DNA from: Elusimicrobiota bacterium
GTDB taxonomy: Bacteria; CG03
DNA: 55,364 nt
Reading direction: 5' to 3'
NCBI GenBank assembly: GCA_034660675.1
Contig: JAYEJT010000074.1
Coordinates: 1 to 55,364 of the forward strand
The position numbers were made by a program, and so were the translations under genes. The notes under the pieces were generated by a model. That model was not told the DNA's origin and ran no database searches. It was given only the letters and a program-made list of their open reading frames with translations. This document shows positions 28,580-38,169 of this stretch, piece by piece (position 1 is the stretch's first letter; the number at the start of each line of letters is the position of its first letter).

Positions 28580-29056
28580 ATGAGGTATTTAGCGGCACCG
28601 TGGCGTGACAAATATTTTGGAATGAAACAGAAAGGATGTATTTTCTGCAGGGCCGGCAGCGGAAAGAAGGACGCAAAAAATTTTGTTATTGCAAGAGGTG
28701 ATAAATGCTTTCTCATGCTCAATCTTTTCCCTTACACAAATGCGCATGTGATGGTTGCTCCCTACCGGCACACCGGTGATGTGACGAAGCTCAAATCCGA
28801 TGAGCTCGCCGAAATGATGAAATGGTCCCAAAGGGCCGTTTCCGCCATGAAAAAGCTTTTCAAGTGCGAGGGTTTCAACATAGGCGTGAATCAGGGGGCG
28901 GCTGCCGGAGCGGGTTTTGCTTCGCATATACACATGCACATTGTGGGCCGGTGGAAGGGCGACACCAACTTTATGACAACTGTGGGCGCCACTCGCGTGA
29001 CGCCCTCTTCTCCCCAAAAAATATATAAAATGCTTAAGAAGGAGCTGGGTAAGTAG
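28580..29056 (+). CDS. HIT-family nucleotide hydrolase/transferase
   Basis: CIFC zinc motif and the histidine triad HIHMHIV. Confidence 0.7.
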   Translation: MRYLAAPWRDKYFGMKQKGCIFCRAGSGKKDAKNFVIARGDKCFLMLNLFPYTNAHVMVAPYRHTGDVTKLKSDELAEMMKWSQRAVSAMKKLFKCEGFNIGVNQGAAAGAGFASHIHMHIVGRWKGDTNFMTTVGATRVTPSSPQKIYKMLKKELGK

Positions 29057-30477
29057 TGGAAATTGTTTTTTTGTCGTCTGAGGTGGTGCCGTTTGCGAAA
29101 ACCGGAGGTCTTGCCGATGTGGGGCGGGCTCTTCCCGACGCGCTCTCCCGGGAAGGCGTCAAAGTCAGGGTTTTTATGCCGTTGTACGGAAATGTGGATT
29201 ATAAAAAGCACGGAATAAAAAAAATAAAAAAACTCACTCAGCGTTTCAGCGGGAAGGCTTATCCTTACGAGGTGTTCGGCAAAAAAGAGAAGGGTGTTGA
29301 TTTTTATTTCATAAGACAGAAAAAATTCTTTGACCGTCCGGGTATTTACGGTTCGGTTGCGGGGGATTACCCCGACAATGCGCTGCGTTTTATTTTTTTT
29401 CAGAAATCCGTTATGCATTCTTTGAAAAGTTTGAAAATCAAAGCGGATGTGATACACATCAATGACTGGCAGACGGCTCTTATACCGAAATTTCTTTCAA
29501 ACGGGGCTTCCTCAGTTCCCACCGTGCTCACTGTGCACAATCTCGCTTATCAGGGCGAATATGACGCGAAATTCGCAAAATACGCCGGTCTGAAAAAGAG
29601 TGATTTGCTTTACGAGGGCAGATTCAACAGCCTTTCCTACGGAATCCGCAACGCCTCTGCCGTGACAACGGTGAGCCCGACATACGCCAGAGAAATGAAG
29701 ACAAAAGAGTTCGGGTGCGGCCTGGACTATTTTCTGAAAAAAAGAGGCTCTTATTTCAAAGGAATTTTGAACGGTCTTGACTATGGCTTGTGGAATCCCG
29801 CATCGGATAAAGCCATATCCTGTTCTTACAGCGCGGCATCGCCGGGCGGTAAAGAAAAATGCAAAAAAGCGTTGCAGAAAGAAATGGGGCTTCCCCAAAA
29901 TGGCGCGATGCTTGTCAGTTTTGTGGGCCGCCTTGCCATGCAGAAAGGGATGGATATCATGGTGCCTGCTCTGAAAAAATTAATTTCCGGAAAAATACAG
30001 TTTGTTATGCTCGGGACAGGGGACGTTTATTATCATCGTGTTTTAAGCGTGCTCGCAAAGCGTTTCCCTGATAATTTCGCGCTGCGTCTTGATTTTGATA
30101 ACGATCTGGCTCACAGAATTTATGCGGGCAGTGATTTTTTTCTTATGCCTTCTCAATACGAGCCTTGCGGTCTGGGCCAGATGATAGCTTTTGCTTACGG
30201 CACTGTTCCCATTGTCAACAGTGTTGGCGGACTCAAAGACACTGTGTCGGAGTATCTGCCCGGGGAACGCACCGGCACGGGTTTCCTTCTTAAAAATTAC
30301 AGTTCCGGCGCTCTTGAAAAAGCCTTGAGGAAAGCCATGAGACTTTATGCCAGTCCGGGGCTTTTTAAGAAATTGTCTGTGAGGTGTATGAGACAGAAAT
30401 TCTCGTGGGAGAAATCCGCGCGCGGTTATATGAGGCTCTATAGAAAACTTATACGTGAATCGGGCGGGGAACTCTGA
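29056..30477 (+). CDS. glgA: Glycogen synthase (ADP-glucose type, GT5)
   Basis: N-terminal KTGGLADV motif, 473 aa, and a GT-B C-terminal E-x7-E region. Confidence 0.9.
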   Translation: MEIVFLSSEVVPFAKTGGLADVGRALPDALSREGVKVRVFMPLYGNVDYKKHGIKKIKKLTQRFSGKAYPYEVFGKKEKGVDFYFIRQKKFFDRPGIYGSVAGDYPDNALRFIFFQKSVMHSLKSLKIKADVIHINDWQTALIPKFLSNGASSVPTVLTVHNLAYQGEYDAKFAKYAGLKKSDLLYEGRFNSLSYGIRNASAVTTVSPTYAREMKTKEFGCGLDYFLKKRGSYFKGILNGLDYGLWNPASDKAISCSYSAASPGGKEKCKKALQKEMGLPQNGAMLVSFVGRLAMQKGMDIMVPALKKLISGKIQFVMLGTGDVYYHRVLSVLAKRFPDNFALRLDFDNDLAHRIYAGSDFFLMPSQYEPCGLGQMIAFAYGTVPIVNSVGGLKDTVSEYLPGERTGTGFLLKNYSSGALEKALRKAMRLYASPGLFKKLSVRCMRQKFSWEKSARGYMRLYRKLIRESGGEL

Positions 30478-30479
30478 AA

Positions 30480-31325
30480 ATGGAAATAGGAATATCAACA
30501 GGGCTTTTTTATCATAAGGACATCTTTCCGTGCCTTGATAAGTTTGCCCGTGCCGGTTTTAAAAATATAGAAATATGGGCGGGCTCGAGTGACTGGGGAA
30601 AAAACACCCATTTTGATTACAATGACGAAGATGTGCTGATTAAAATCAAAAAAACAGCGCTGTTAAAAAAAATGAAAATATGTTCTATCAACGCGCCTTT
30701 CAGCGAAAATCTTGATATATCGTCTGTGGATGAAATACAGAGGAGCATAGCTGTCAGCGAGATTAAAAAAACCGTTGTCCTGTGCGAATTTTTCAAGGCG
30801 GATCACATTGTCGTTCATCCTGCCGTAAAAGCGCTGCCGTTGTCAGATAAGGATTTTGTGAAAAAAAAGATCGCCCAGGCGAAAAAAAGTCTTGCTGAGA
30901 TCATTGAAAATGCCATGCTGCACGGGGTGAAAATTGCCTGCGAGAATCCGTCTCCGAATCTTCTGGGCGGGTGGGCGCAGGATCTTATGGAAATAATAAA
31001 GGGTTTTCCCGAAGAGCACCTGGGAATATGTCTTGACACGGGGCACGCGAACCTGATAGAAAAACCGGATGAGTATCTGGAAAAAATAGCCCCGCGGCTG
31101 ATGTCGCTGCATGTGTCGGATAATTCAGGTGATTATTCATCCCATCTTCCGCCGGGTGACGGAAACATAGACTGGGACAAGTTTTCCGCGGCCTTGTATT
31201 CACACGGTTTTAACGGCGTGTTTATGATGGAGATTCTCGGTGCCGCGCGTTTCGGGGATTCGGATGCGGTGCTGGCAAAAGCGTTTAAAAGCGCGTCGGG
31301 CATTGTACGGCGGGGGGATATGTGA
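30480..31325 (+). CDS. Sugar phosphate isomerase/epimerase (xylose-isomerase-like TIM barrel)
   Basis: AP_endonuc_2-like pattern (IEIWAG ... HPA ... CENP ... LDTGHAN). Confidence 0.7.
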   Translation: MEIGISTGLFYHKDIFPCLDKFARAGFKNIEIWAGSSDWGKNTHFDYNDEDVLIKIKKTALLKKMKICSINAPFSENLDISSVDEIQRSIAVSEIKKTVVLCEFFKADHIVVHPAVKALPLSDKDFVKKKIAQAKKSLAEIIENAMLHGVKIACENPSPNLLGGWAQDLMEIIKGFPEEHLGICLDTGHANLIEKPDEYLEKIAPRLMSLHVSDNSGDYSSHLPPGDGNIDWDKFSAALYSHGFNGVFMMEILGAARFGDSDAVLAKAFKSASGIVRRGDM

Positions 31326-31804
31326 AGCTGGGAATAATTTCCGATTCGCATGAGAATATGCCGGCCATAGCCGCGGCGGTGGAAATATTTAACAGCGAGA
31401 AGGTGGAGAAAGTGTTTCACGCGGGAGATATTATTTCTCCGATCACGCATGCCGAATTTAAAAATCTGAAGTGCCCTATGATCGCGGTTTTCGGCAATAA
31501 TGACGGCGAGAGGGCCTATCTCAGGGAAAAATTCAGGGGGCTTGCCGAATTTTATGATTTTTATTCGGGCGAAGCCGGCGGCCGACGGATATTTATGGTT
31601 CATGTGCCGGATTTTGTGGAAGACATCGCGGCAAAGGGCAACTATGATATTGTTATATACGGTCACACTCACATAACGGACATAAGAAGGACCGCGGGTA
31701 CACTTATAATAAATCCCGGGGAAAGCGGTTCGTGGCTTTTGGGCAAAAAGACCGTCGTTATTCTTGAAACGGATGATTTGTCCTACAGGTTAATTGATTT
31801 ATAG
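31322..31804 (+). CDS. Metallophosphoesterase (YfcE/MJ0936 family)
   Basis: Motifs D-x-H, GDIISP, GNND and GHTH. Confidence 0.8.
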   Translation: MKLGIISDSHENMPAIAAAVEIFNSEKVEKVFHAGDIISPITHAEFKNLKCPMIAVFGNNDGERAYLREKFRGLAEFYDFYSGEAGGRRIFMVHVPDFVEDIAAKGNYDIVIYGHTHITDIRRTAGTLIINPGESGSWLLGKKTVVILETDDLSYRLIDL

Positions 31805-31816
31805 GAGGGTATTTTT

Positions 31817-32965
31817 ATGGATATGATAGATATTCTGACATCGGCGGTTAAACTGGGGGTTTCCGATATTCACGTGGTGCCGAAAAAACCTGTGATGGTC
31901 AGAAAAAACGGCGCGATGACGCCTCTCCCCGAATATAAGGACACGGCTCTTTCGGGAGATGAGACAAAAACTCTCATATATGGAATTCTTCTTGATGAGC
32001 AGAAAAGCCAGTTTGAGGAAAACCTTGAACTGGACTGTTCTTTTCAGATAGAGAACATAAGCCGTTTCAGGGTGAATGTCCTCATGCAGAAAGACGGTGT
32101 CGGGGCGGTGCTGAGAGTTATCTCGTCGGAGATTCCCTCTACCGAGGCTCTGGCTTTTACTCCCGCCATGATGGCCTGCATGAAATATCCGAGAGGCCTT
32201 GTTCTTGTCACCGGCCCCACGGGTTCCGGAAAATCAACGACGCTTGCGGCCATGCTTGAAACCATCAATCAGGAGAGGCAGGATCACATTCTCACCATAG
32301 AGGACCCCATAGAATTTGTTTACAAATCAAAGGGCTGTATTTTTACGCAGAGGGAAGTGGGCGCTTCAACCCGCAGTTTTACAAGCGCTCTCCGCGCGGC
32401 GCTGAGGGAAGATCCCGATATCGTGCTCGTGGGTGAGATGCGGGATCTTGAAACGATAGGCGCGGCTCTGACGATTGCCGAAACGGGGCATCTTGTTTTC
32501 GGCACGCTTCACACAACCGACGCTCCTCAGACGGTTGACAGAATAATAGACGTTTTTCCTTCCCATCAGCAAGCGCAGGTGAGAACTCAGCTTTCGGTGA
32601 CTCTGAAAGCTGTGATAACACAGCAGCTTCTGCAAACGCCCGACGGGAAGGGCCGCTGCGCGGCGAGGGAGATTCTTGTTGTCACTCCGGCTATAGCCAA
32701 TCTCATAAGAGACGGGAAAACGCATCTTATTTACGGAGCCCTGGAAACGGGAATGAAATTTGGTATGATTTCCATGGACAAGGCTCTGGCCCAGCTTGTA
32801 AAAGCGGGTAAAATAACAAAGGAAGCCGCTGTGGCGAAAGCCGGCAACCCTGACATGCTGAATCAGTATATAGCCGCCGCGGGCAGAGTGGCGGGCAGAG
32901 CGCCCGGTATGTCCGGCGGAATGTCCGGCGGTGGCGGAGCGGCTCCCGCCAAAAGGCCTTTTTAA
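31817..32965 (+). CDS. pilT: Twitching-motility retraction ATPase PilT
   Basis: Walker A GPTGSGKST, Walker B VLVGEMRD and the PilT AIRNLIRE-like AIANLIRDGK motif. There is a Gly-rich C-terminal tail of about 30 aa. Confidence 0.9.
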   Translation: MDMIDILTSAVKLGVSDIHVVPKKPVMVRKNGAMTPLPEYKDTALSGDETKTLIYGILLDEQKSQFEENLELDCSFQIENISRFRVNVLMQKDGVGAVLRVISSEIPSTEALAFTPAMMACMKYPRGLVLVTGPTGSGKSTTLAAMLETINQERQDHILTIEDPIEFVYKSKGCIFTQREVGASTRSFTSALRAALREDPDIVLVGEMRDLETIGAALTIAETGHLVFGTLHTTDAPQTVDRIIDVFPSHQQAQVRTQLSVTLKAVITQQLLQTPDGKGRCAAREILVVTPAIANLIRDGKTHLIYGALETGMKFGMISMDKALAQLVKAGKITKEAAVAKAGNPDMLNQYIAAAGRVAGRAPGMSGGMSGGGGAAPAKRPF

Positions 32966-32974
32966 GGAGAGAGT

Positions 32975-34090
32975 ATGAACGAACTTAACGATTATCTGAA
33001 AAAGCTTGTGGAGCTTGACGGGAGCGACCTGCACATAAAATGCGGTCAGCCCGCTATATACAGGGTGAACGGCCAGCTGACAAAAAGCGAAGAAGCCCCT
33101 TTTACCGCGGAGGCGATAGAAACGCTTTTCAAAAACGCCGTCGGTGAGGAAAAATATGCCCGTTTTGTCGAGGAAAAGGAATACGATTTTGCCGTGGCGA
33201 TTGAGGGTAGAGGGAGATTCAGGGGGAATCTTTTTTTTCAGAAGGGCGCGCCCGGCGGGGTGTTCCGTCTCATACCGGAGGCCATACCGTCCATTGACGA
33301 AATGGGGCTGCCTGAAGTTCTCAAAGAAATAGTGAAGAAGTCCAACGGACTTGTTCTTGTTGTCGGCCCCACCGGTTCGGGCAAATCAACGACTCTGGCG
33401 GCGATGATAAACGAAATAAACCAGACCGAAAAGCTCAACATCATAACCGTGGAGGATCCCATAGAATTCGTCCACAAGGACGCCGGATGTATTGTGAACC
33501 AGAGGGAAATAGGCATGGACACCGTTTCGTGGGAGAGTTCTCTCAAGAGAGCCCTGCGCCAGGATCCCGATGTCATTCTTGTCGGAGAGATGAGGGATGC
33601 CTCTTCTATCTCTATAGCTATAAGCGCCGCGGAAACGGGTCACCTTGTTTTTTCCACGCTTCACACGAACGACGCGAAACAGACGATAGAACGAATTGTT
33701 GATTCTTTTCCGCCCGAAGGGCAGGACTTTGTGCGCCATCAGCTTTCTCTTGCTCTTGTGTCCATTGTTTCGCAGAGGCTTTGTAAGACGAAGGACGGCG
33801 CGGGGCGTGTGGCCGCCCATGAGATAATGATAAACACGCCCGTTATAGCCAAGGCCATAGAGGAGAACCAGCCCGGAAAAATACAGCAGTTTATAGCGGA
33901 CTCGGCTTCTTTCTATAACATGTCCACCCTTAATCAGTCTTTGTTCCGTCTCATAAATGAGGATAAAATAAGCGAGGAAGAGGCCATGGGCATAAGCAAC
34001 AATCCCAACGATCTGAAAATAAAAATAAAAACAACAGGGCCTGCCGCGGAAGCCGCCGCGGAACCCGAAAAAAAGTTGAGGAAGTTCTGA
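32975..34090 (+). CDS. pilU: Second PilT/PilU-family ATPase
   Basis: Motifs GPTGSGKST, ILVGEMRD and VIAKAIEEN. It is a paralog of the upstream gene. Confidence 0.85.
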   Translation: MNELNDYLKKLVELDGSDLHIKCGQPAIYRVNGQLTKSEEAPFTAEAIETLFKNAVGEEKYARFVEEKEYDFAVAIEGRGRFRGNLFFQKGAPGGVFRLIPEAIPSIDEMGLPEVLKEIVKKSNGLVLVVGPTGSGKSTTLAAMINEINQTEKLNIITVEDPIEFVHKDAGCIVNQREIGMDTVSWESSLKRALRQDPDVILVGEMRDASSISIAISAAETGHLVFSTLHTNDAKQTIERIVDSFPPEGQDFVRHQLSLALVSIVSQRLCKTKDGAGRVAAHEIMINTPVIAKAIEENQPGKIQQFIADSASFYNMSTLNQSLFRLINEDKISEEEAMGISNNPNDLKIKIKTTGPAAEAAAEPEKKLRKF

Positions 34091-34980
34091 TGCTGAAAAA
34101 GAAACTTGAAAACATACCCCTTTTCGCGTCGCTGGCGGATGATGAGTTGGCTGCCCTGGCGGAGATTTCCGAAATCAAAAAATACAATCAGGGAGAAGCT
34201 GTATTCGCCGAGGGTGATAAGGGAAAGGATATTTTTTTTCTCGTGAGCGGCGAGGTTTCCATCCGGAAAAAAATATCGTCGGGCTTTAAAACCATAGCGG
34301 TTCTCCGTGAAGGCGATTTGTTCGGAGAAATGTCTTTTTTTGAAAATGCCCCCCGTTCGGCGGATGCTCTTGCTTCGGATGACTGCGATATTCTCGGCAT
34401 AAATGGCGCTGAGTTTGAGAGTTTCCTGTCTGACAAACCCCGTAAAAGTTTCAGCATTCTCATGAAGATGCTGGCAATATCTTCGGCGAGGCTGAGAAAC
34501 ATGGACAGGTATTTTACCACACTTTATCAGACTGCCAGGATTATGTCTTCCTGCTCTTCTGTGGAAGAGCTTGCGGAAAAGATTCTTCCGGAGATTATTG
34601 ATTCTCTGCCTGTCTCCGGCGCGGCCCTGTATATGTACAGCGTGTTTGACGGGGAATACAATCTGGCCGCGGCCGTATCAGCGGAGGCGGCTCAAACCGT
34701 TTCCAGCGGTTCTTCTTTTATGGAAAAACTCTCCGCGGGTAAAAATATCTGTGACGCAAATGTGCCGGATTTGCCGGGTTTGAGGTTTTTTTCACCGATA
34801 GAAGACGGAAACGGGCTGATAGGATTTATAGGGATTGCCGCGGCAAATGATCCCGCCGCTGAAGACAGAATACTGATCGGTACCGTCTGTAACATGATAA
34901 GTCCTGTCATTGTTAATCTGAGGACAAAACAGGAGGAGCTTATGAAAGACAGGCTTAAAAATAAAAAATGGCAGCTTTAG
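34090..34980 (+). CDS. Cyclic-nucleotide-binding (CAP_ED) domain protein with an uncharacterised C-terminal domain
   Basis: The cNMP-binding signature is GDLFGEMSFF ... RSADA. The start overlaps the pilT2 stop (TGATG). Confidence 0.65.
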   Translation: MLKKKLENIPLFASLADDELAALAEISEIKKYNQGEAVFAEGDKGKDIFFLVSGEVSIRKKISSGFKTIAVLREGDLFGEMSFFENAPRSADALASDDCDILGINGAEFESFLSDKPRKSFSILMKMLAISSARLRNMDRYFTTLYQTARIMSSCSSVEELAEKILPEIIDSLPVSGAALYMYSVFDGEYNLAAAVSAEAAQTVSSGSSFMEKLSAGKNICDANVPDLPGLRFFSPIEDGNGLIGFIGIAAANDPAAEDRILIGTVCNMISPVIVNLRTKQEELMKDRLKNKKWQL

Positions 34981-35681
34981 CGAGACTTTTTTTAGCGCAT
35001 GTCATAGCGGATTTTCCTCTGCAGTTTGACGGTATATTTGCGTGGAAAAAGAAAAATTACACCGGCTGCCTCGTACACGGTATCATACATGCTGTTGTAA
35101 CGGTGTCTTTCTTTCTGGGCAGCCTGAAATCGTTTTCTTTCTGGTCTTATATAATTTTGCTCGTAGCTGTTCACAGCACTCAGGATTACATTAAAGTGAA
35201 TCTTTGGAGAAAGCCGGAAGACGATAAAATATCTTATTTTCTCATAGACCAGGTTTTGCACATTGCTTTTATTTTTTGTGCGCTGCTGTTTCCTTTTTCT
35301 TCCGGAACCGCTTACTACGGAGGCCTGTTTCCGGTGGATTGGCTGATTCTGTATAATGACGCGGCCTTTATGAACGTTGTTTCGGCCGCTGTTCTTGCCG
35401 GCTGGGGCGGCGTGATTCTGCTGTATTATCTGGATAAGAGCGTTTATAAAGTTGAGATTGATGCCCTGAACAGGTTTGAGAGGAGTTATGGCGTCATAGA
35501 GAGAGCTCTTGTGGTTATTGTGATAATGAAAGGAGGACTTTATTATCTTCTGGTGCCGTGCCTTTTCCTCCTGAGGCTTTCGGGTATGAAAAAGCAGCCG
35601 CTGTACAGGGGTATTTTGTCGCTGGTTTTTTCTTCCGCAATTGGTTTTTGCGTGTATTTCATAAATGCCGCCGGTTTTTGA
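34968..35681 (+). CDS. Polytopic membrane protein (hypothetical)
   Basis: 237 aa with about 6 TM segments. It is preferred over the Arg/Lys-rich antisense ORF 34992-35690. Confidence 0.4.
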   Translation: MAALARLFLAHVIADFPLQFDGIFAWKKKNYTGCLVHGIIHAVVTVSFFLGSLKSFSFWSYIILLVAVHSTQDYIKVNLWRKPEDDKISYFLIDQVLHIAFIFCALLFPFSSGTAYYGGLFPVDWLILYNDAAFMNVVSAAVLAGWGGVILLYYLDKSVYKVEIDALNRFERSYGVIERALVVIVIMKGGLYYLLVPCLFLLRLSGMKKQPLYRGILSLVFSSAIGFCVYFINAAGF

Positions 35682-35714
35682 AAAGCGCATAGGGCTGTTA
35701 AAACAGAAGCAAAA

Positions 35715-37184
35715 TTGCTAAAATTCCAAAATATGGGTGCTGTTGATATGAAAACAATGAATAATCCGCATGGCTGCAGGGGAAAAGCTGCCATTTTTTT
35801 TAAGCGCGCGCCGGCCGTAATCATCTTATTTGCCGCAGCGTTGCTGTTTTTTTCCAGGTTTACCGCTGTTTCTTACGCGTCAACGCCTCCTGAACTGGAA
35901 AAAATTTTTGACAGGGCAGCCGACAAATATCTCGCAAAAGACTGGCCGGGCGCGATAGAGGATTTAAAAAAAGTTATAGCGCAGGACCCGGGTAATCTCC
36001 GGGCTGTTGGGCTTTTGGGAAGGGCGCTCGACGAGCAGGCTGTCCTTTTTGCCGGGAAGGGGCAGTTGGACAAAGCTCTGCGTGTTGTTAATGAGGCGCT
36101 GAATTATTCTCCCGAACTCCAGACTGCCGCGGAAACAAAAACAAAAATTCTGAAGGAAATAAAGAAGCGTGATGAAAAAGATGCCGCCCGCCGCGCCCGC
36201 AGAGCTTATGCCGAAAAGAAAAAACGAGAGGATGCTGTCGTCCGCCGGGCTCAGGATGAAGCCTATAACAAGAAAATAGAGGATGAAAAACGCCAGCGTG
36301 AGTTGAGAGAGAAAGCCCTGCTGGAACAGGTTGAGCGTCAGGACAAAGAAATATTAGACAGAAAAGAGGAAATAGAGGTGCTGCGTCAGCAGACGAACAT
36401 GATAGCCACGAAGTGGCTGATATATTTCTCCATAGCGGTGCTGCTGGCGATAGGGGTCAGTTATTTTATCTCATCTAAAATAGTGGATAATATAGCTTCC
36501 CGCATGCGCCGTCAGCTTGCGGACAGCAATGACCGTATCACGGAGCTCGTCAATGATCTTGCGCAGAAAAACAACGCGACGGAATCTTTGAGTGATCTGA
36601 AAACCGCGAATGCCGAGATCATGTCGCAGTTGGCGAGTCAGCGTTCAAATCCGATGGAGGAAAAACTTCTTGCCCAGACAGAAAACCTTATAAAAGTTGT
36701 GGAGCAGTCGCAGGGTTCTTCCGGGGGGCAACTTGACAACATAGAGTTTGATGATGTCGCAACGCGGCGTGTTATAACGGATGTTTCGCCGACAAACAGG
36801 GCGAAAGCTAAAAGCGTGGTTTCAATATCCCAGACAATAAATAATCCGTCTCTGGCCGCCCGGCTAATTGCGCCTTATCTGCAGGATGACAATAACAGGG
36901 TGAGGGCAGTAGCGGTTGTTGAAATGTTTAAATTTGATTCGGCGGCGGCGGAAAATACACTCAGGGCTATGACGGCGTCCGGGAAAAAATGGGACAGGCT
37001 TTCGGCCGCATGGGCGGCAGGCGAGATCGCCCAGACTTCTGTTATGGAAACGCTTGAAATTCTTATAGACGATTATGAGCCCCTGGTGAAATCCCGGGCG
37101 CTTTCCGCGGCGAAGAAAGCCGGAGAAAAAATGAAGGGTAAATTTCCGGCGACATTAAAAGTGAAATTGAGCCGGAGGAAATAA
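35715..37184 (+). CDS. Membrane protein with N-terminal TPR-like region, charged coiled coil, TM helix and C-terminal HEAT-like repeats (hypothetical)
   Basis: It has a signal or TM segment at the N-terminus, a KR/E-rich coiled coil, a TM helix (WLIYFSIAVLLAIGVSYFI) and a HEAT-like NNRVRAVAVVEM ... KWDRLSAAWAAGEI region. Confidence 0.45.
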   Translation: MLKFQNMGAVDMKTMNNPHGCRGKAAIFFKRAPAVIILFAAALLFFSRFTAVSYASTPPELEKIFDRAADKYLAKDWPGAIEDLKKVIAQDPGNLRAVGLLGRALDEQAVLFAGKGQLDKALRVVNEALNYSPELQTAAETKTKILKEIKKRDEKDAARRARRAYAEKKKREDAVVRRAQDEAYNKKIEDEKRQRELREKALLEQVERQDKEILDRKEEIEVLRQQTNMIATKWLIYFSIAVLLAIGVSYFISSKIVDNIASRMRRQLADSNDRITELVNDLAQKNNATESLSDLKTANAEIMSQLASQRSNPMEEKLLAQTENLIKVVEQSQGSSGGQLDNIEFDDVATRRVITDVSPTNRAKAKSVVSISQTINNPSLAARLIAPYLQDDNNRVRAVAVVEMFKFDSAAAENTLRAMTASGKKWDRLSAAWAAGEIAQTSVMETLEILIDDYEPLVKSRALSAAKKAGEKMKGKFPATLKVKLSRRK

Positions 37185-37193
37185 GGAGGCAGC

Positions 37194-37934
37194 ATGGGTT
37201 ATTTTCCGTTAGCGGTAATTGTGGTTATAGTATTTTTGAATGCCGTAAGGGTTGTGAAAGAATATGAGAGGGGCGTTATTTTTCGTCTCGGCAGACTTGT
37301 GGGAGCAAGAGGTCCCGGCCTTTTTTTACTCATTCCCGGCCTGGAAAAAATGGCCAAAATAGACCTGAGGGTGATAACTCTGGATGTGCCGTCACAGGAA
37401 GTGATAACAAAAGACAATGTGCCGGTTAAAGTAAATGCCGTGTGCTATTTCAGGGTGATGGATCCGGAAAAAGCCATTGTTGAGATAGAGGATTTTGTGA
37501 TGGCGACAAGCCAGATTTCGCAGACGACCTTGCGCAGCGTGGTCGGTCAGGCGGATCTTGACGAAGTGCTCTCTTCAAGGGACAAGATCAACACCGAGCT
37601 TCAGAAAATAATTGATGAGGCCACCGATCCATGGGGCATAAAGATATCACGTGTTGAAATAAAGGATGTGCAGCTTCCCGCGGATATGCAGAGAGCCATT
37701 GCCCGTCAGGCCGAGGCCGAACGGGACCGTAGAGCCAAAATAATACACGCCGCTGGAGAATTTGAGGCATCCATGAAACTCACCGAAGCGGCCAAGGTCA
37801 TTGACCAGTCTCCGGCAGCGATACAGTTGAGATATCTTCAGACTCTCACCGAAATAGCCACGGAGAATAATTCCGTGACGGTGTTTCCCGTGCCGATAGA
37901 TATACTCAAGGCAATAACGCAGAAAAAAAGCTGA
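37194..37934 (+). CDS. SPFH/band-7 (stomatin-like) protein
   Basis: N-terminal TM helix followed by an SPFH domain ([15 protein letters not shown] ... [10 protein letters not shown] ... [11 protein letters not shown]). Confidence 0.85.
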   Translation: MGYFPLAVIVVIVFLNAVRVVKEYERGVIFRLGRLVGARGPGLFLLIPGLEKMAKIDLRVITLDVPSQEVITKDNVPVKVNAVCYFRVMDPEKAIVEIEDFVMATSQISQTTLRSVVGQADLDEVLSSRDKINTELQKIIDEATDPWGIKISRVEIKDVQLPADMQRAIARQAEAERDRRAKIIHAAGEFEASMKLTEAAKVIDQSPAAIQLRYLQTLTEIATENNSVTVFPVPIDILKAITQKKS

Positions 37935-37939
37935 ACAAT

Positions 37940-38100
37940 TACGTCAGAGCTATCTGTAGACGGACGCTCACGTATGCGGTTCGCTACCTATGTCAGGCTT
38001 CGCCTGCAATTATGCTTGGCCTTATGCATTGTCGTTTCGGGAACGAGGCAAAATCCCTCACTCATATGGCCCGCTACAGATACCGTCTGACGTAATACTT
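37940..38100 (+). ncRNA. Candidate structured RNA: about 20-bp closing helix (ttacgtcaga..tatctgtag / ctacagata..tctgacgtaa) enclosing about 110 nt and ending in a U-tract
   Basis: The long-range inverted repeat was read directly and ends in tactttttt. The element could equally be an elaborate terminator for the band-7 gene. Its class is unknown; a 6S-like architecture is speculative. Confidence 0.3.
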
Positions 38101-38169
38101 TTTTGTTAGTGACGCTTAAGTTTTTGACAAACCCCACGCGTTAAAGTAAAATATCAAATAAATTTGCTT

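Noticed and set aside
32366-33034. 222-aa minus-strand ORF spanning the pilT/pilT2 junction
   Set aside because: It lies antisense to two very well supported PilT ATPase genes, and its composition is Arg/Ser/His-rich.
34992-35690. 232-aa minus-strand ORF overlapping the membrane-protein gene 34968-35681
   Set aside because: It is Arg/Lys/His-rich with low complexity and has no start context. The plus-strand ORF shows clean TM periodicity and operon coupling.
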